NCBI RefSeq assembly: GCF_001194135.2
Contig: NC_069000.1
Span: forward strand, 47,754,139 to 47,818,138
Reading direction: 5' to 3'
Origin: Octopus bimaculoides
Lineage: Eukaryota
Length of the DNA stretch: 64,000 nt
The notes under the pieces are model-generated. The model was given only the letters and a program-made list of their open reading frames with translations, made no database searches and was not told where the DNA came from. Position 1 is the stretch's first letter; the number at the start of each line of letters is the position of its first letter. The position numbers and the translations under genes were made by a program. Positions 25,676-39,730 of this stretch are shown piece by piece.

Positions 25676-27668
25676 ATAATGATGATGATGATGATGAGAA
25701 GAAGAAGAAGAAGAAGAAAATGAAGACAACAAAGAAAGAAGGAGCAAGAAATAATCAAATTTTAAATAAAAGAAAAAAGGAGAGAGAAAAAAGAAAAAAG
25801 ATAGGAAGAAGAAAGAAGAAAATTAAAAAGCAAATGGAGAAAAGGAAAAGACAAAAAAATGAAAGGAAGAATAAGATAAAGACGCAAAGAATAAGAAAAT
25901 GAAAACCATTTTGATATAAGTTTTAAAAGGAGGATTTGAAATTCTAATTGTAATAAAGAGTTGATAAAACCATAACTGGGCTTCGTGTATAACGTCATAG
26001 ACAGCAGTTTGTCTCATAAACAATGGACTCATCCACTTGCTTCAACAACATAAAACTGTATACAACCTCACAAACTGCAGATAATTTGTGCTGACAAATG
26101 CCACTGTCAGTTTGCTGTGTGACCGGGTTTTATTGCAAGAATCTCACCTGTGCTTATGAACTTATTCAACCGTTTAATAAGTATTTCTGATGGTTCCATA
26201 TCAGTGAATCTACCTCTACCACCATTGCCACTGCAGCAACACCACCACCACCACCACCAACAACAATAACAACAACAGCACCCACTACTACTACTACTAC
26301 CACAACCAGCCCAGCAACAGAAATGGAAGATGGCAGCAAAGATTACTTGCAGCCTTGTTATTGTTCTTCCAACAGACAAAATAGAATCCAACAGAAACCA
26401 CCCAAAACTCCATGGTTATTGTCACTAAACAAAGAATTATGCAGCAAATGGTGGTGGCCACCTCCACCAACAAGGAATTTGTGTTATGTGGAGATTCAAA
26501 TTTCTTTGAAATAAAAAGAGTACATTGCTGCTTGGATGGGAAGACTCCCCACCACCACACACATATTTGTGTGCGTGTGTGTGTGTGCACACACATAAGT
26601 ATTCTTGCATCTTTATGCATAGCATCATCATTTTCACATCCACCTTTCTACGCTTGTATGTGATAGATTTCCAATCCATGCCAATGTAGGAAGATCACCA
26701 CAGTTCAAATAATTTCTAACTGGGAGCTGTTGCTTCCATTGAAAGGTGCTTCAACATGTTTGGTTTTCATGACAGGATGCTCTACCTATCACCAGCCACT
26801 TTACACAGTGTACTGGGCACCAACACTAGAGGAGTTAAATAGTCCTTGATGAGACAAACCAAAGGGATCTTACAATCCCATACTTCTGTGTGAGTGCATG
26901 CACACACACACATTTATATTAGTGCTAATAAATGGGAGACAGAATACTCAGTACCGGAGATAGAATATAGGTATTTTAATTCTGTTAGCTGAAACCACAC
27001 ACATTCTATAATAAAATGAAGAAGAGCTAAGAAGAACAATTTGCCTGATTCCCAACGTATAATCTGGACCATTTCAAATAAGATATTTTCACCTGGTATT
27101 TCCTTTTCACTCTTGATATTATCAATAAATAAGGAGATCACTGATGAAATCTGAAACAATCTTTTAAAACATTTATATAAACTATTTTAGAGAGAGCATT
27201 CTTTCAAGTTAAGAATAAGTAAATGTTTCAGACAACTGTTTACTTGTTATATTTATTCTCCAGTGTAGAAGGTAAACTTGCCAGAGCCTCTGGAAACTAC
27301 TTACAATAAATATTTACATTACCAGGAAGCAGTAGCCAGATGTTAGTTTATGCATGCGTGTGTGTGTGTGTGTGTGTATGTGTGTGTGTGTGTGCGCGTG
27401 CATGTATTTTTTATATATGTAGTTTATACACTTTTATACTCAGTTTTACATTTATATATGTAATTTTATATATTATTTACATATCAAGTTAGTTTCTGTT
27501 TAAACAATAAATAAAATTTATACTAAATCATAATCAAATTTCAGAGTAAAATAAGTTTTACAATATTTCTCCATTTCTTAAATATGCTTTTACAGTCAAA
27601 GTTTAAATTTTCTTGTGTTTTTCTTTACTCTCATTGTTTTTTTCTTTCTTACAGACCATTCTGGAGTA

Positions 27669-27830
27669 CAGACACAGCTGTATGGTTATGGAATTTACTT
27701 TCTAACCACATTGTCTTGAGTTCTAACTCACTGCAGGGCACCTTGGGCAAGTATCTTTCATTTTAGCCTCAGGCATGCCAGTACTTTGTGGGTGGAATTA
27801 GTTGAAGGAAACTGTTTGGAAGCTTTTGCA
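27669..27830 (+). mobile_element. tRNA-derived SINE (second family), degenerate
   Basis: Pol III head then gcaccttgggcaagt...; homologous to 37810, 41985 and 47066. Confidence 0.7.
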
Positions 27831-27899
27831 TGCAACACACACACATACACACACACACACATACACACACACACACACATATGTTTTCCTGAATACTTA

Positions 27900-28475
27900 T
27901 GAACACTTATTTCCAGCACGAGTCCCAATACTATGCTGCTTGCGTCACACCACATGATCTCTGGCTTTGTATCAGGCATGTTCCAGCTGCCCTTCACTGG
28001 ATCTTCCACTTGCCCTCTCTCTGAGACCTTTTGCATCATCACCATTGTCTTCTCTCCAGTTTAATCCTTCTGCTCACCTTTTGACATAGCTACATGCGGT
28101 TCAGAGCCATCCTGTGACAGGCTAGTGACCCATCAACTTCCCACACATTGAGAACAGCTCTCGCCAATTCATATTCCAATTTAGGTCTGGGATCTCGTTC
28201 CCTCTGTGAAACACTAGCCTACCCACTTTGTCTCTTTCGAGCCTGAACCCCAGCACTGTACCTCCCTCTATAGCCTCTGGCAGTTTTGTTGTCAGCCCAA
28301 ACCCCCTAAGAGAGTCCACAATTCCCTTTACCAATGCTACTTTCTCATCTACCAGGATATCATCAATATATGAGCTGGCAGCCTTATCCACTTTGGCCTC
28401 TTTGCCCAAAGCCACCTTGAGGACCTTTGCCATGATCTTCAGTGCCAAATTCAGGCCAAAACCTAGTTGAGTCAG
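27900..28475 (-). mobile_element. Ty3/gypsy pol fragment (RT + RNase H)
   Basis: ASSYIDDILVDE (YxDD), RELFSMCGKLMGH and WCDASSIVLGLVLEI (RNase H first Asp); frameshifted. Confidence 0.88.
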
Positions 28476-30564
28476 GCATACTGAACCTTATTGCAACCAT
28501 TGTAATGTAGTTGCAGGGCCAGGTATATAACTAAACACACTAGTCAGTTTGGCTGATAGAAAATTTCACTTCTACTTCACAAGTGAGTTGTTAATAATTA
28601 ACACAATTAATTGTACATAGGATACAATTATTGGGAGGCATTGGACATCTAACCACATAGTCATGAGATCAAATTGTATTGCAAACATTGTATTATCCCT
28701 CCGGGGGTAAGGAACACATTTCTGACTTACATCAGTTTGTTTGGCTGACAACAAAGATCACTCTTACTTCACAGCTGAGTGGGAAGTGGCATCCAGTTAT
28801 ATAAAAACAAAACAATTTCTCTAATACTATGCAACTGCCCAGATGCTCTAGAACCATTGTAACCATTTTGAAACAAGCAGGAGAAAAACACTAAAAATAA
28901 AAGAGACTCTGTCAAATGAGATTTGCTTTTAATTTCCTAAGATTTCAATGGCTTCTGGTGTTTTCTCTCTTAACAATGATCTAGTCATAAGAATTGAATC
29001 TGTTGTAGCCAAGTAGACAACATAATGATTGCTAACTTAAAATTAGCAACTTTAGGTTTAAAATGCTAAACTACTATTACCCTTTCGTCAGATTCTTATC
29101 ATAAATCAGTCATGTAAGTAAATAAATAAATATCTCTTAACAGATAATTCCAACTAAAAAAGAGATCTGTTCCATTGATTGCTGCAAGTCTTCAGCAACC
29201 AGATTAACCACAAAATATCTTTGAAGAGACGAAGGAAAATATACATTACAAAGCATAAAAATCTAGAAAATTTTAAAAATAAAAACTAGCAAAGGTGGTT
29301 CTTTTTATTAAATTACGAGATAAGAAATATAGTGAAGAACTTGAAGCTTTCAAATTTGGAGAAGGTATAAGAATTTCTATGTTTGTGAGGAATAGTGGAA
29401 TGGTGAGATAAGTCTTCAGGGGAATCTGAGAGTTCCCTTTACTGACTTGGCACCTGACTTATTCTATGAAGCTGGTAAATTACTGGCTGTTGATTGGGAT
29501 TTATTCTGGAAACAATATTAATTATATCAATGAGCAATTGCAAATTTATAAACCAAAGAGGCATACACGTGTATGCTTGTGTGTGTTTAAGTATAGGAAA
29601 TATTTTCACTGAAGACTGTTGTATGAAATGACTGAACAAGTGATAATGTCAACTGAAATATATATATGATACACACAGAGGTCATAACACTTCGTTAAAA
29701 GATAAAACTGTATTGATGATTAAACCTTGATTATTTTAACTTATTTAATTATAATTCAGACTATATAAAAATAAAAAGAGAATTATTTGAAATGATGCCT
29801 GAACAGAAAAATTTTAATTAGTATAATGTAATTATTAACAGTGTTCATAAGAACATTTTAGAGAAAAGTATTTAAACTTTAATATTCCATAGTAAACACT
29901 AATTAAGACAAATTATTAATAACTTTAATTATATCATCCTAAGATTGGTTATCAAAGGTACAGCTACGAATTGTCAAGCTGTATGAAGGGAAATAGAATT
30001 TTTCAAGCCATAACTGTTGAAATTGGAAGCTCAGTAACTGCTGCCCACCATTTGATGACAGCATTCACTGAAACTGGTGGCCATTCTGATCCTGTTTGAG
30101 CAGCTGCAAAATATGATTACATTGATGAAAAACAGAAAGATTGTCTCATTCACATTTTGAATGACATTCAACTGCAAGCAAACTGGACTTATAATGGTGG
30201 CGGAGGTGTAGCATATAAAAATTGTAAATTGTTTCTAAAAACACACATACACATATGAAAAATATGCGTATATAAGGACCAAAAACTTCAGTTATTTTGT
30301 CCTATTTTAGTAAAAGGCTCTCACTCAATTATTTCAGAAATGGTTAGCTAAGCTAAGAGATTGTGTGTTTCTAGGACCATATCTGTCTATGTCTATCATG
30401 ACTATAATAACACAACTGTAATCTTATACGTTGGTCTCTTAAGATGATGAAACTGACTATAGAGCAAGTGCAAGAGTTAAGGCATTTAAACCTTTCACTA
30501 CAACATTAGGTGATATTGATGATTCTCCTCCCTTCCAAATCTGATGCTGATCCGCATCGCTGAT

Positions 30565-30616
<52 letters not shown>

Positions 30617-33464
30617 CAAATCCAAAACATAATCCTCTCTCTCCTCCACTTCCAAACCAATCAATGCCTTTTATGTCCAGTTTTCTTCTCAGTTTAATTT
30701 TCACCAAAATTTTCAAAATTCTCAGATAAGACAACCAAATCAACAGTTGATATTCCACCATTTCTTTGTTTATATGTGTATGTTTCTGTGTATATATGTG
30801 TATATGTGTATTTGTGTTTCTATACACACACAAATGTATACATGTACACCTACACTGGTTCGTTGTAAACCCATTCTGCTCCAATCAGTACAGATCATTA
30901 GTAATTACTAGCCCTAATTATCTGCCAAATAATACATCAAAGAACACAATAGAAATAGCTGTAACATGGTTTCATCGTTAACTTTGTTATAGTGGAGTGT
31001 AAATGTAATTAACATCCTGTATTCTATGAGGTAACAAGTTCAGTTTTAAACAGACAAGAGAAGTATTTCAACTTTAGAAATTATTTCAGATTTTTGGTTG
31101 GAGTGGAGTGAGATTACCTTTTCTAGTTTGAAATTTAAATTTAGTACAAAGAAATATTGTGTTGAGTGAAAAGTTTTACAATATTTTGGTGATTTATTTA
31201 CTTTATTTGTCAGGTGACAACAAATCTGAAGAAGTTTTATTCAAAAATTAGAACCTATAAACAACAATTCATACCAACTATTTTAAAATTAGAGTTAAAA
31301 ATTTCCAACATCCTATATTCACTCCCTAATTTCTGTTTATGAAGATATCTCAGTTTGAACAATTTGACAGATTCTAAATTGTGAAAGAACTGAAAATCAC
31401 GATGGAAAGTACAAAGATTTTAGTCCCAAATCTCATTCTTCGATTTCAGTATATTTCTAATATTTCAGTCTTGTGATCATAGTAGGAACAGAGGGAAGAA
31501 TTCTAAAGAAATATTAAATCATTCACACATGTTTGGACTTATTGAAGATTATTTTATGAATATAAATGGATATTGAGACATTAGTTCCTGCTTGTATCTC
31601 TGAAGTAGACATACATTAATTCATACACAAAATCGAAGAAATGCAATGCTTACAAGAATGTATAAATCTTAGATATAATTCAGTTTAAATACATTCATGA
31701 AGCATATATAATTCCTTATTTACACAAAGCCAACAAACGCAGGCCAAAAAATATATTAAACAAAGAATCTGAACAGCTTAGAGAAAAGCCATAGATAATA
31801 TTGATTTATTTTGACTACTCAGGAGATCAATATTTTGTAAAGAAGGAATGTAATCAACTGACTATGTCCCAGTGAATTACTGTTATTTACTTTAGGAAGA
31901 GCAATGTTGAGTTTGACAAGATTTCACTTCACAGCCAAGAATAAAGAACTGAAAAACTGAAACAACCTGTCTGCTACATTATCGACATCACAAAAGCATT
32001 TGCTCCATGTTTCTAGTTACTGGTAATTAGTAAAATTATCAGGGAACTAGAATATTAGATAAGATGAGTTCCTATCCACTGGCTACTTGGTTATTTCTGA
32101 TGATGTAACAATCAATTTAGTCTTTAATATTGTTTTACAATAAGAATTGTAAAACTGAGGCCATTCCTAACTTAATGGTTTACTAGGGAATACTTGTTGC
32201 AAGGATTCATAGCATGCTTTTCATCTAGAACAAAGTTATATGGGAGTGGGGATTAATAGAATGTTATAATTGAATCACCAAGACACTTACCAACATTGCA
32301 CAAATGTTGCAGACCCATCCTACTTCTGTAATAAAATAAACAGGAAATTCTTGATATTTAGTTTTAAGGAAATTTCATTTTGTTCTTTAAAGAGGACTGT
32401 ATAACTTACCACATTTACAATGCTGTTAAAATTAAACCTTTTCATAAGGTTATCACCGAGGTCAGGATTCTGTAGTATTAAATCTGCTATGAGATACAAT
32501 GCTGATCTTTAGTAACTTTCTTGACAAGAGAGAGTTGTGCTAAGACAGAGGTAACACCCAGCTGGCTGATTCAAATGAACTGAAGCCATTGTTGTAGAGG
32601 TAGAGACAAAAATATGTACCAGGGGTTGTAGAGATGGTGAAGGTGTATTTGGCAATTAGGTCTTCTTTTCTTTTGTGATTTAGTCAGAGAAAGCACTGCT
32701 GGTTATTTCCAAGAGTCTTTGAGACTAATGGCAAGAAGTTACACTTGGAACAGAAACCTGGATTGATTCTGTTATTGGTAACCAAGGATGAGGGATTAAT
32801 TCTGGATGAACTTTATATCATATATGTCCCATCCCAAAATACCTACATGATACTTGTTGATGAGATGGTAGTGTAAAACATCTCAACCTCTACACAACAG
32901 CCATGGATTTCAGTACATTATCACTTTATTTGATCTGTGTTTAATACTTCAGCTTAAAAGGTTACAATAAGCTCTCAAACACACTTCTTATGCTCACCAC
33001 CACCACAACGACAACAACCTCTCTCTATATATATATTGTATAGTTGCTATCAAAGAAGACAGTCAAACACTTTTATTCCAACATACAGCTATGAGAGACA
33101 AAATATTAACAAACATTTGTGTAGTTAATGTTGTGTTTAGTTGAATCTAAACAGGCCTCTGTAATCCATAATAAGTATTACACGACAACAGATGTTGAAT
33201 ATTGTCAGATGATAATAAAGATGAGGAAAATGATGATGGAGACAGTCATGGAAATGATGATGAGAGTAATGGCTGTGGTGGTGATTGTAGGGGGGGGATG
33301 ATTGCACGAATAGTGGTGGTGGTGGTGGGGATAGGGATGATGATGATGACGACAAGTAAAACAAAAAACAAAACTTCAATAAACAAACATTGTGCAAAAA
33401 TGGGCATAAAACACATGGACATTGACTCAGAAGAGAATAACACACATGTATACCTACATTTATA

Positions 33465-33499
<35 letters not shown>

Positions 33500-34223
33500 A
33501 TACACACACCTATGTATGTCTCTTCTATTTTTTTAATTATTATAAATCTTCCACTGAGGAGGGAGCCAGTTTCCAACAAAGATACAAGGCTCCATCTTTG
33601 AGATGTAATTAACACACAAATTCACATTTGGAACTTGAGAAAAGTCTTGCATATTTTTATTTCTATTTCCACGCTTTTAAGCTTTATTCCCATTCATCTA
33701 TCACACTACATTTCTCCACTCTTGGTTTTCTGCTAATTTCTTTCCTTCTCCACCTTCTCTTTCTCTAAATTGCATTCGACATTAAATCTATTAATGTTTT
33801 CTTTTTTTAAATAACTTGCCAGCGTTCCCTTCATCATATATGCAGTCATTACATTCAGTTAAAATGGCTTACTGATGCGTTTCGTTTCTGTTTTTTCCCT
33901 TATGAGAAGATCTCATTGTTTTATATCATTTTAGTCTGTCTGGAATAATACCAATGTTTTCTTTGAAACGTATGTCGGAAGTATAAAGATTTGAATAACA
34001 CCTGCATTTAACTCCATTTCTTTATTTTTCTGTTATACAAAAACATTTCACTAAACCCTGGAATTTCTACCTTTATAAGTAGGTTGTAACACCCTTGGTA
34101 CTTATGTGAATTTTTTTGCTACCCTGGTAACTATTTATTCATTTTTTTCCGTGATATTTGTACACATTGCAAAAATACACATACATTTATATATATATAT
34201 ATATATATATCTATATATATATA

Positions 34224-34257
<34 letters not shown>

Positions 34258-34259
<2 letters not shown>

Positions 34260-34482
34260 CAAATGAATAAAAACTCACGGTAGGCAAGTGTCTGTTCATT
34301 ACAGCTGTTTCTTATGTAACTTTTAATGAAGAATAAAACATTGCATCATTATGAAAGACCATAGTCATCAGATGGTCATCGTCTTTTATAATGATGCAAT
34401 GTTTTATTCTTCATTAAAAGTTACATAAGAAACAGCTGTAATGAACAGACACTTGCCTACCGTGAGTTTTTATTCATTTGAT
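34258..34482. repeat. Perfect 95-bp inverted repeat with 35-bp spacer (probable Penelope-like element terminus)
   Basis: 34258-34352 is the exact reverse complement of 34388-34482 (checked base by base); abuts a (TA)n array. Confidence 0.95.
34294..34377 (-). ncRNA. Hammerhead-ribozyme-like motif (type I, PLE-like, long stem II), probably decayed
   Basis: Minus strand: CAU-CUGAUGA (34371-65), 53-nt hairpin, GAAAC-AGCU-GUA (34311-300), AUG; mismatches at the 10.1/11.1 pair and in stem I. Confidence 0.55.
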
Positions 34483-37400
34483 CATAATATACCAAGAGAA
34501 TCTAGGACTTTATGACTTGTTGGACACCCTAAAGTATACCAACAATGTACTACTCCAAGTAATGTGTAACATTGTCCAAAGTCCTTCAGCATTGAATCCT
34601 CATAGGGTTGGTTTTCTCTTGGTACAACTCCAACCATCCATTGGCTGGAACCACAGACAGTTCTCAACCCCACCTGGTGCTATTACAACCTGCCTAGATA
34701 TAAAACTAAAACATTCTACATATATGCAAATTCTACATTAATATCCAGTCAAGGATTTAATGATGAGCTTGATGGCTAATGAAAATTAGAAATTGTATCA
34801 ATTAAGAAAAGAAATTAAATATAAATTTGAAAATTCAGACAAAAACAAAAAAAAAAAAAANNNNNNNNNNAAAAAAAAAAAAAAAAAAAATCACGAATAT
34901 TTTCACAAAAAATATTTTAAAGATTCACTAATTGTCACAAAACCATGTTATAAAAAAGTGAAATTACATTTTTTGTTTTATTGTTTATATTTTTGAACAA
35001 ATTTCGATGAATGTGAAAATATATGTACATTTGTAATAAAATCAATAAAAAGGCAAGAACATATGTGATTTACTGTCAATAAGTACATTTTAATGAACTT
35101 CAGGAAACAGTTAATGAGTCTCACAATGTTGAATTTATGGAAGTCCTTGTCAACTAAATCATTGATTCGTTGAATTACTTATTGCATGTTCTATATGTCG
35201 CTTATGATCTCTAACTTTTAGACAAATCTTTAAAGACTATCTGCTTTGCAGATAGATTATATTTTGTAGTTTGGCATTCATAGTACTGTGGCTGTTCTAA
35301 GGATAAAATGGATTTTGACTGAGGGGGTTGTTTTATGACCCTCATGCCGCTAACTACATAACCACGAAGGACAAAGACAATGCATTGGCTAAAATAGAAT
35401 TTGAAACTCAATGCCATGTAACTAGTAGTCCAATAGTCCTTTACCTCACATTCATTTTTACAATCCAGTCATAGAAACCATTTGGAGTCTGGACAGCTCC
35501 CTGGCTGGCCAGCTTCATGTCAAACTGTCCGACCCATGCCAGCATGGAAAAATGGACGTTAAACGATGATGATGATGATGGATGATAACCTTCTTCACTG
35601 ACTTGAGTTTCCCTAATCAGTAGCCACCAGTAAGGTTGTGGAGGTCTGCCTTTTATACATCTCTCTCTCTCTCTCTCTCTCTTTCTCCTGCAAATGTCAA
35701 CCATCTCCATCCCACCACCACTTCATTTGTGCCCTGATACTGCTTGCTATACCAAACAACTGAGCCAGAACAACCTCCATCAATGCCTACACATATCAAG
35801 GAAACAATCTCACAAAACTTGACCTGCAAGAAACAACAGTCAATTTCTCTCCTGAGACCTGCAAATGTCACTGAGATTGTTCTACTTTATCTGACTACTT
35901 TATATATAACAAAAGAGAGAAAGCTACCTACATAAGCGAATCAGCTGAAAAAAATATTAAAGAAATAAAACATTTTGTACAGAAATTGCTGAACAAATGC
36001 TTTCGTTCTGATGCAACTTTAACAGATTGCTGGTTCCGTCATTATTAGTTTCATTGTTACAATCAATTTCACTAAAGAACCCATCATTTTGGGAATATTT
36101 ATTCAAATAAAACATAGGGCCTTTTAAAATTAAAAACAAGACTTTATTTAAATAAAAGAGGGGGCCTTATTTAAATAAAAGACAGGACCTTATTTGAATT
36201 AATAATCTAAGCCCGCTAATAGCATTAGGATATTTATTGTGAATTCGAGATACAAATAAAGAATAAAAAATAAAGTGAATGTATGACAGTTTATGATATA
36301 AATCACTATTTTTTATAATTATTAATTATTAAAAATGTTTCAACTTCACTAATTATTTGCCTTTCAGTTATATTGCTACTAATGCTCTCCTGCAAGAGAT
36401 TACCAAGCCAAACTGTCCCCCACTCCAGAGAAGTTGAACACTATTTGTCTAAACATGAAAAAATATTTAGTTTCTCCCCTTTCTACACTTTTACCTAAAT
36501 TATTGGTGGTTTCATATCTAAAATAATTTGTGAAACCACATCAAGTGCCATGCGCATTAATGTTGTTTATTTTTCAGTAGATCTTTGCTCATCCATGACA
36601 GTCTCTTCTTTTACCAGACAATGGACATAGGACTCCAATACCCAATGTGTTCTTCTTTTAAGACTATAGATAGGATTTAAGTGTGGTTCGTCTGCTACTT
36701 CTAGTAGTTTGAACAACCATGTAGTGGCTGATTATGTTGAAAGTTTTTTTCTTCTGGTGTAAGTTGGTTTCTATTTTCCACCAGAAGTAAGTAAGTTGGT
36801 TCCTATTTTGTGATATGGTTGATTTGCGACTTTGTCCTGTTACTTTGTGATGTTCGATGTTTTGGCCAGGGGTACTGACAACTGCTAATGCTGTACAGCA
36901 GAGGTCAGGAAATGATTCTCAATATTTTCATTAAATGTTTACAAATACAGAGTCTAGCCAGCCAAATATAAATTATAAGAGACCAAACTTCATTATCAAT
37001 TATTAATTTAATTAAATTAAAAAACAAACAAATAATCTGGTTTGATAAAAACCAAAATCATTGATTGTTGTAACTGATTAAGTACATCAATGTCTAATTG
37101 AATGAATATTGATTAACAACTGGTGAAGTCATTCATTCAAAAATCATCCCAAACTCAGTTTCTCTATATTAATCAGACTCAGTATTTCATGTGAGAGACC
37201 AACCAAGCCATTTTATAAACACTAAAGATAATATCAATTAAAACAACCTAAGTCTTAGACTCTTGTTTAGGAATATCATTATTTTAGTAATAAATTTATT
37301 TTATGCTTCTGGGGCATATTTTTAATTTATTTCTTTATTTCTACCTTAATAATGACTGAAACCCAACACTGAAACTACAACATGTGTCTTTTGTAACAAA

Positions 37401-37713
37401 TCTTCTTTTGTATTTATGTCATTTCAGAAAAAAGTAATGGAAAAACCTATTATTGATTGAATTCTACAAGTTGCAGGAAGATTAAGAAACATGAGTAGCC
37501 TTGTTGCATGATATCTATATAAGAATGAGGCCAGAAAAGTTATTACACCTGAAGTAGATGCGTTTGGTTTCAACAAAAGACCAGCTCTCATGCCAAACAA
37601 CTGCTATTCTTGAAGAGAATGGAGAAAATTCCACTTGGATATTGATAAACAACACAACAAGGCGGAAGGGACAGCAACAGATTAATAAATGTACATATAA
37701 ATACATACAGAAC

Positions 37714-37747
<34 letters not shown>

Positions 37748-37809
37748 ATATATATATATATCCATACATACATGCATATATACTTGAGTGAATATATAAA
37801 TATATACAT

Positions 37810-37918
37810 AGAGGTACAGGAGTGTCTGTGTGGTATGAAGCTTGCTTCCAAAACACATGGTGCTGGGTTCAGTCCCACTGCATGGCACCTTGAGCAAGTG
37901 TCTTCTATTATAGCCTCA
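37810..37918 (+). mobile_element. tRNA-derived SINE 5' half
   Basis: gtgtggtatgaagcttgcttcc...gggttcagtcccactg..tggcaccttgagcaagtg: A/B-box-like head. Confidence 0.8.
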
Positions 37919-37924
37919 TATGCA

Positions 37925-37984
<60 letters not shown>

Positions 37985-38311
37985 CGCATCCTCTTCCAAC
38001 TAAGTTTTATCTTAATAATTCTGATGCGCAATCTTCTATCTTTTTGCTCTTTCTCTCTCTTATTCTTTTACTTCCTCTTCTCCCGTTATTCTATCCTATT
38101 ACTTTTTCATTTTTTATTCTGCTACCTCCCCTTCTCCCCCTCCTGCTTTTTTCTCACTTATCCTCTCTCCAATTTTTTCCTCTCCCCTTCACAGTTCTCT
38201 GTCTGTCACTCTCTCTCCCTCACTCTTCTTCCCTTGCTCACGTGTCTCCATGTGACCATCGGCCATCTTTATTCTCCTAACTTGTGTTTCTTTCTTTCTC
38301 TCTGTTGTAGC

Positions 38312-39175
38312 TGTCCAATGAAGGAAAGGTACGCATAAGTGGGCTGGCTACACCCCTGGTAAAGGCCACGGGTTATGGTCTCACTTGTCTTGCCGGGTCT
38401 TCTCACACACAGCATATTTCCAAAGGTCTCGGTCACAAGTCATTGCCTCAGTGAAGCCTAATGTTCAAAGGTCGTGCTTCACTACCTCGTCCTAGGTCTT
38501 CCTGGGTCTACCTCTTCCACAGATTCCCTCAACTGCTAGGGTGTGGCACTTTTTCACACAGCTATCCTCAACCATTCTCGCCACATGACCATACAATCGT
38601 CTCTCTTGCAAACCACAACTGATGCTTCTTAGGTCCAACTTTTCTCTCAAGGTACTTACACTCTGTCGAGTATGCACACTGACATTACACATCCATCGGA
38701 GTATACTGGCTTCATTTCTTGTGAGCTTACACATGTCCTCAGTAGTCACGGCCCATGTTTCACTGCCATATAGCATGGCTGTTCGTACACATGTGTCATA
38801 CAGTCTGCCTTTTACTCTGAGTGAGAGGTCCTTCGTCACCAGCAGAGGTAAGAGCACTCTGAACTTTGCCCAGGCTATTCTTATTCTAGCAGCTACATTT
38901 TCAGCGCACCCTCCCCTGCTACTGAGGTAATGGAAACTATCAACTACTTCTAGTTTTTCTCCCTGGAATGTGGCAGAAGTTGTTCTCTGCACATTTTCAG
39001 TGTTTATTGCTCCTGAGCATCTGCCACATACAAAAACTAACTTCCTAGTTAGCCTTCCTTTGATATTGCTGCACCTCTTATGTGTCCATAACTTACACTG
39101 GGTACATCTTGTAGAGTTTCTACCTATACCTTTTCTACAGATCGAGCAGGGCCATCTACCTGAAGGGATTTGTGA
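38312..39175 (-). mobile_element. RTE LINE, 5'-truncated, with PHD-like insert, RT C-terminus and 3' UTR
   Basis: ORF 38492-39202: WPCSICRKGIGRNSTRCTQCKLWTHKRC...FHYL...KGRLYDTCVRTAMLYGSETWAV...RRLYGHVARM...GRGRPRKT. Confidence 0.93.
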
Positions 39176-39215
39176 TATAATATAACATATATATATATAC
39201 AATATAATATATACA

Positions 39216-39297
<82 letters not shown>

Positions 39298-39630
39298 TTA
39301 GGAGAGAAAGGTAACATCATTTATAGGGCATTTGAGACTGAATAGAGCTTCAGCTAAATAAATGTATACATCTAGGATGTAGAATCTGAAAAGTCAGTGT
39401 AAGACATATAAATTGTAGAATAAGTTAACATCAAATAACACATATAGTGAAAGGTATGTAGAATGTGTGTGTGTGCGTGTGTGTGAAGATAAAGACAGAG
39501 AGGAAAATAACAAGGGTGGGGAGGATGAGAGGGAAAGATACAGAGGAAAATAAGAGAAGAAAGAAATAAAGGAGGAGTTTATTCAGTGGGTGAACACATA
39601 GAATGTATTAAAGTATAACAGTGGTTAGAT

Positions 39631-39730
<100 letters not shown>

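Noticed and set aside
26145-30110. Further minus-strand exon-like pieces (about 26150-26210, 27090-27150, 30020-30105)
   Set aside because: Splice sites are weak or phases incompatible, and the EIPGE match to TMEM24 is too short to trust.
33552-33610. CTGAGGA followed by a GGAGCC/GGCTCC hairpin
   Set aside because: No GAAA block follows the hairpin, so it is not a hammerhead.
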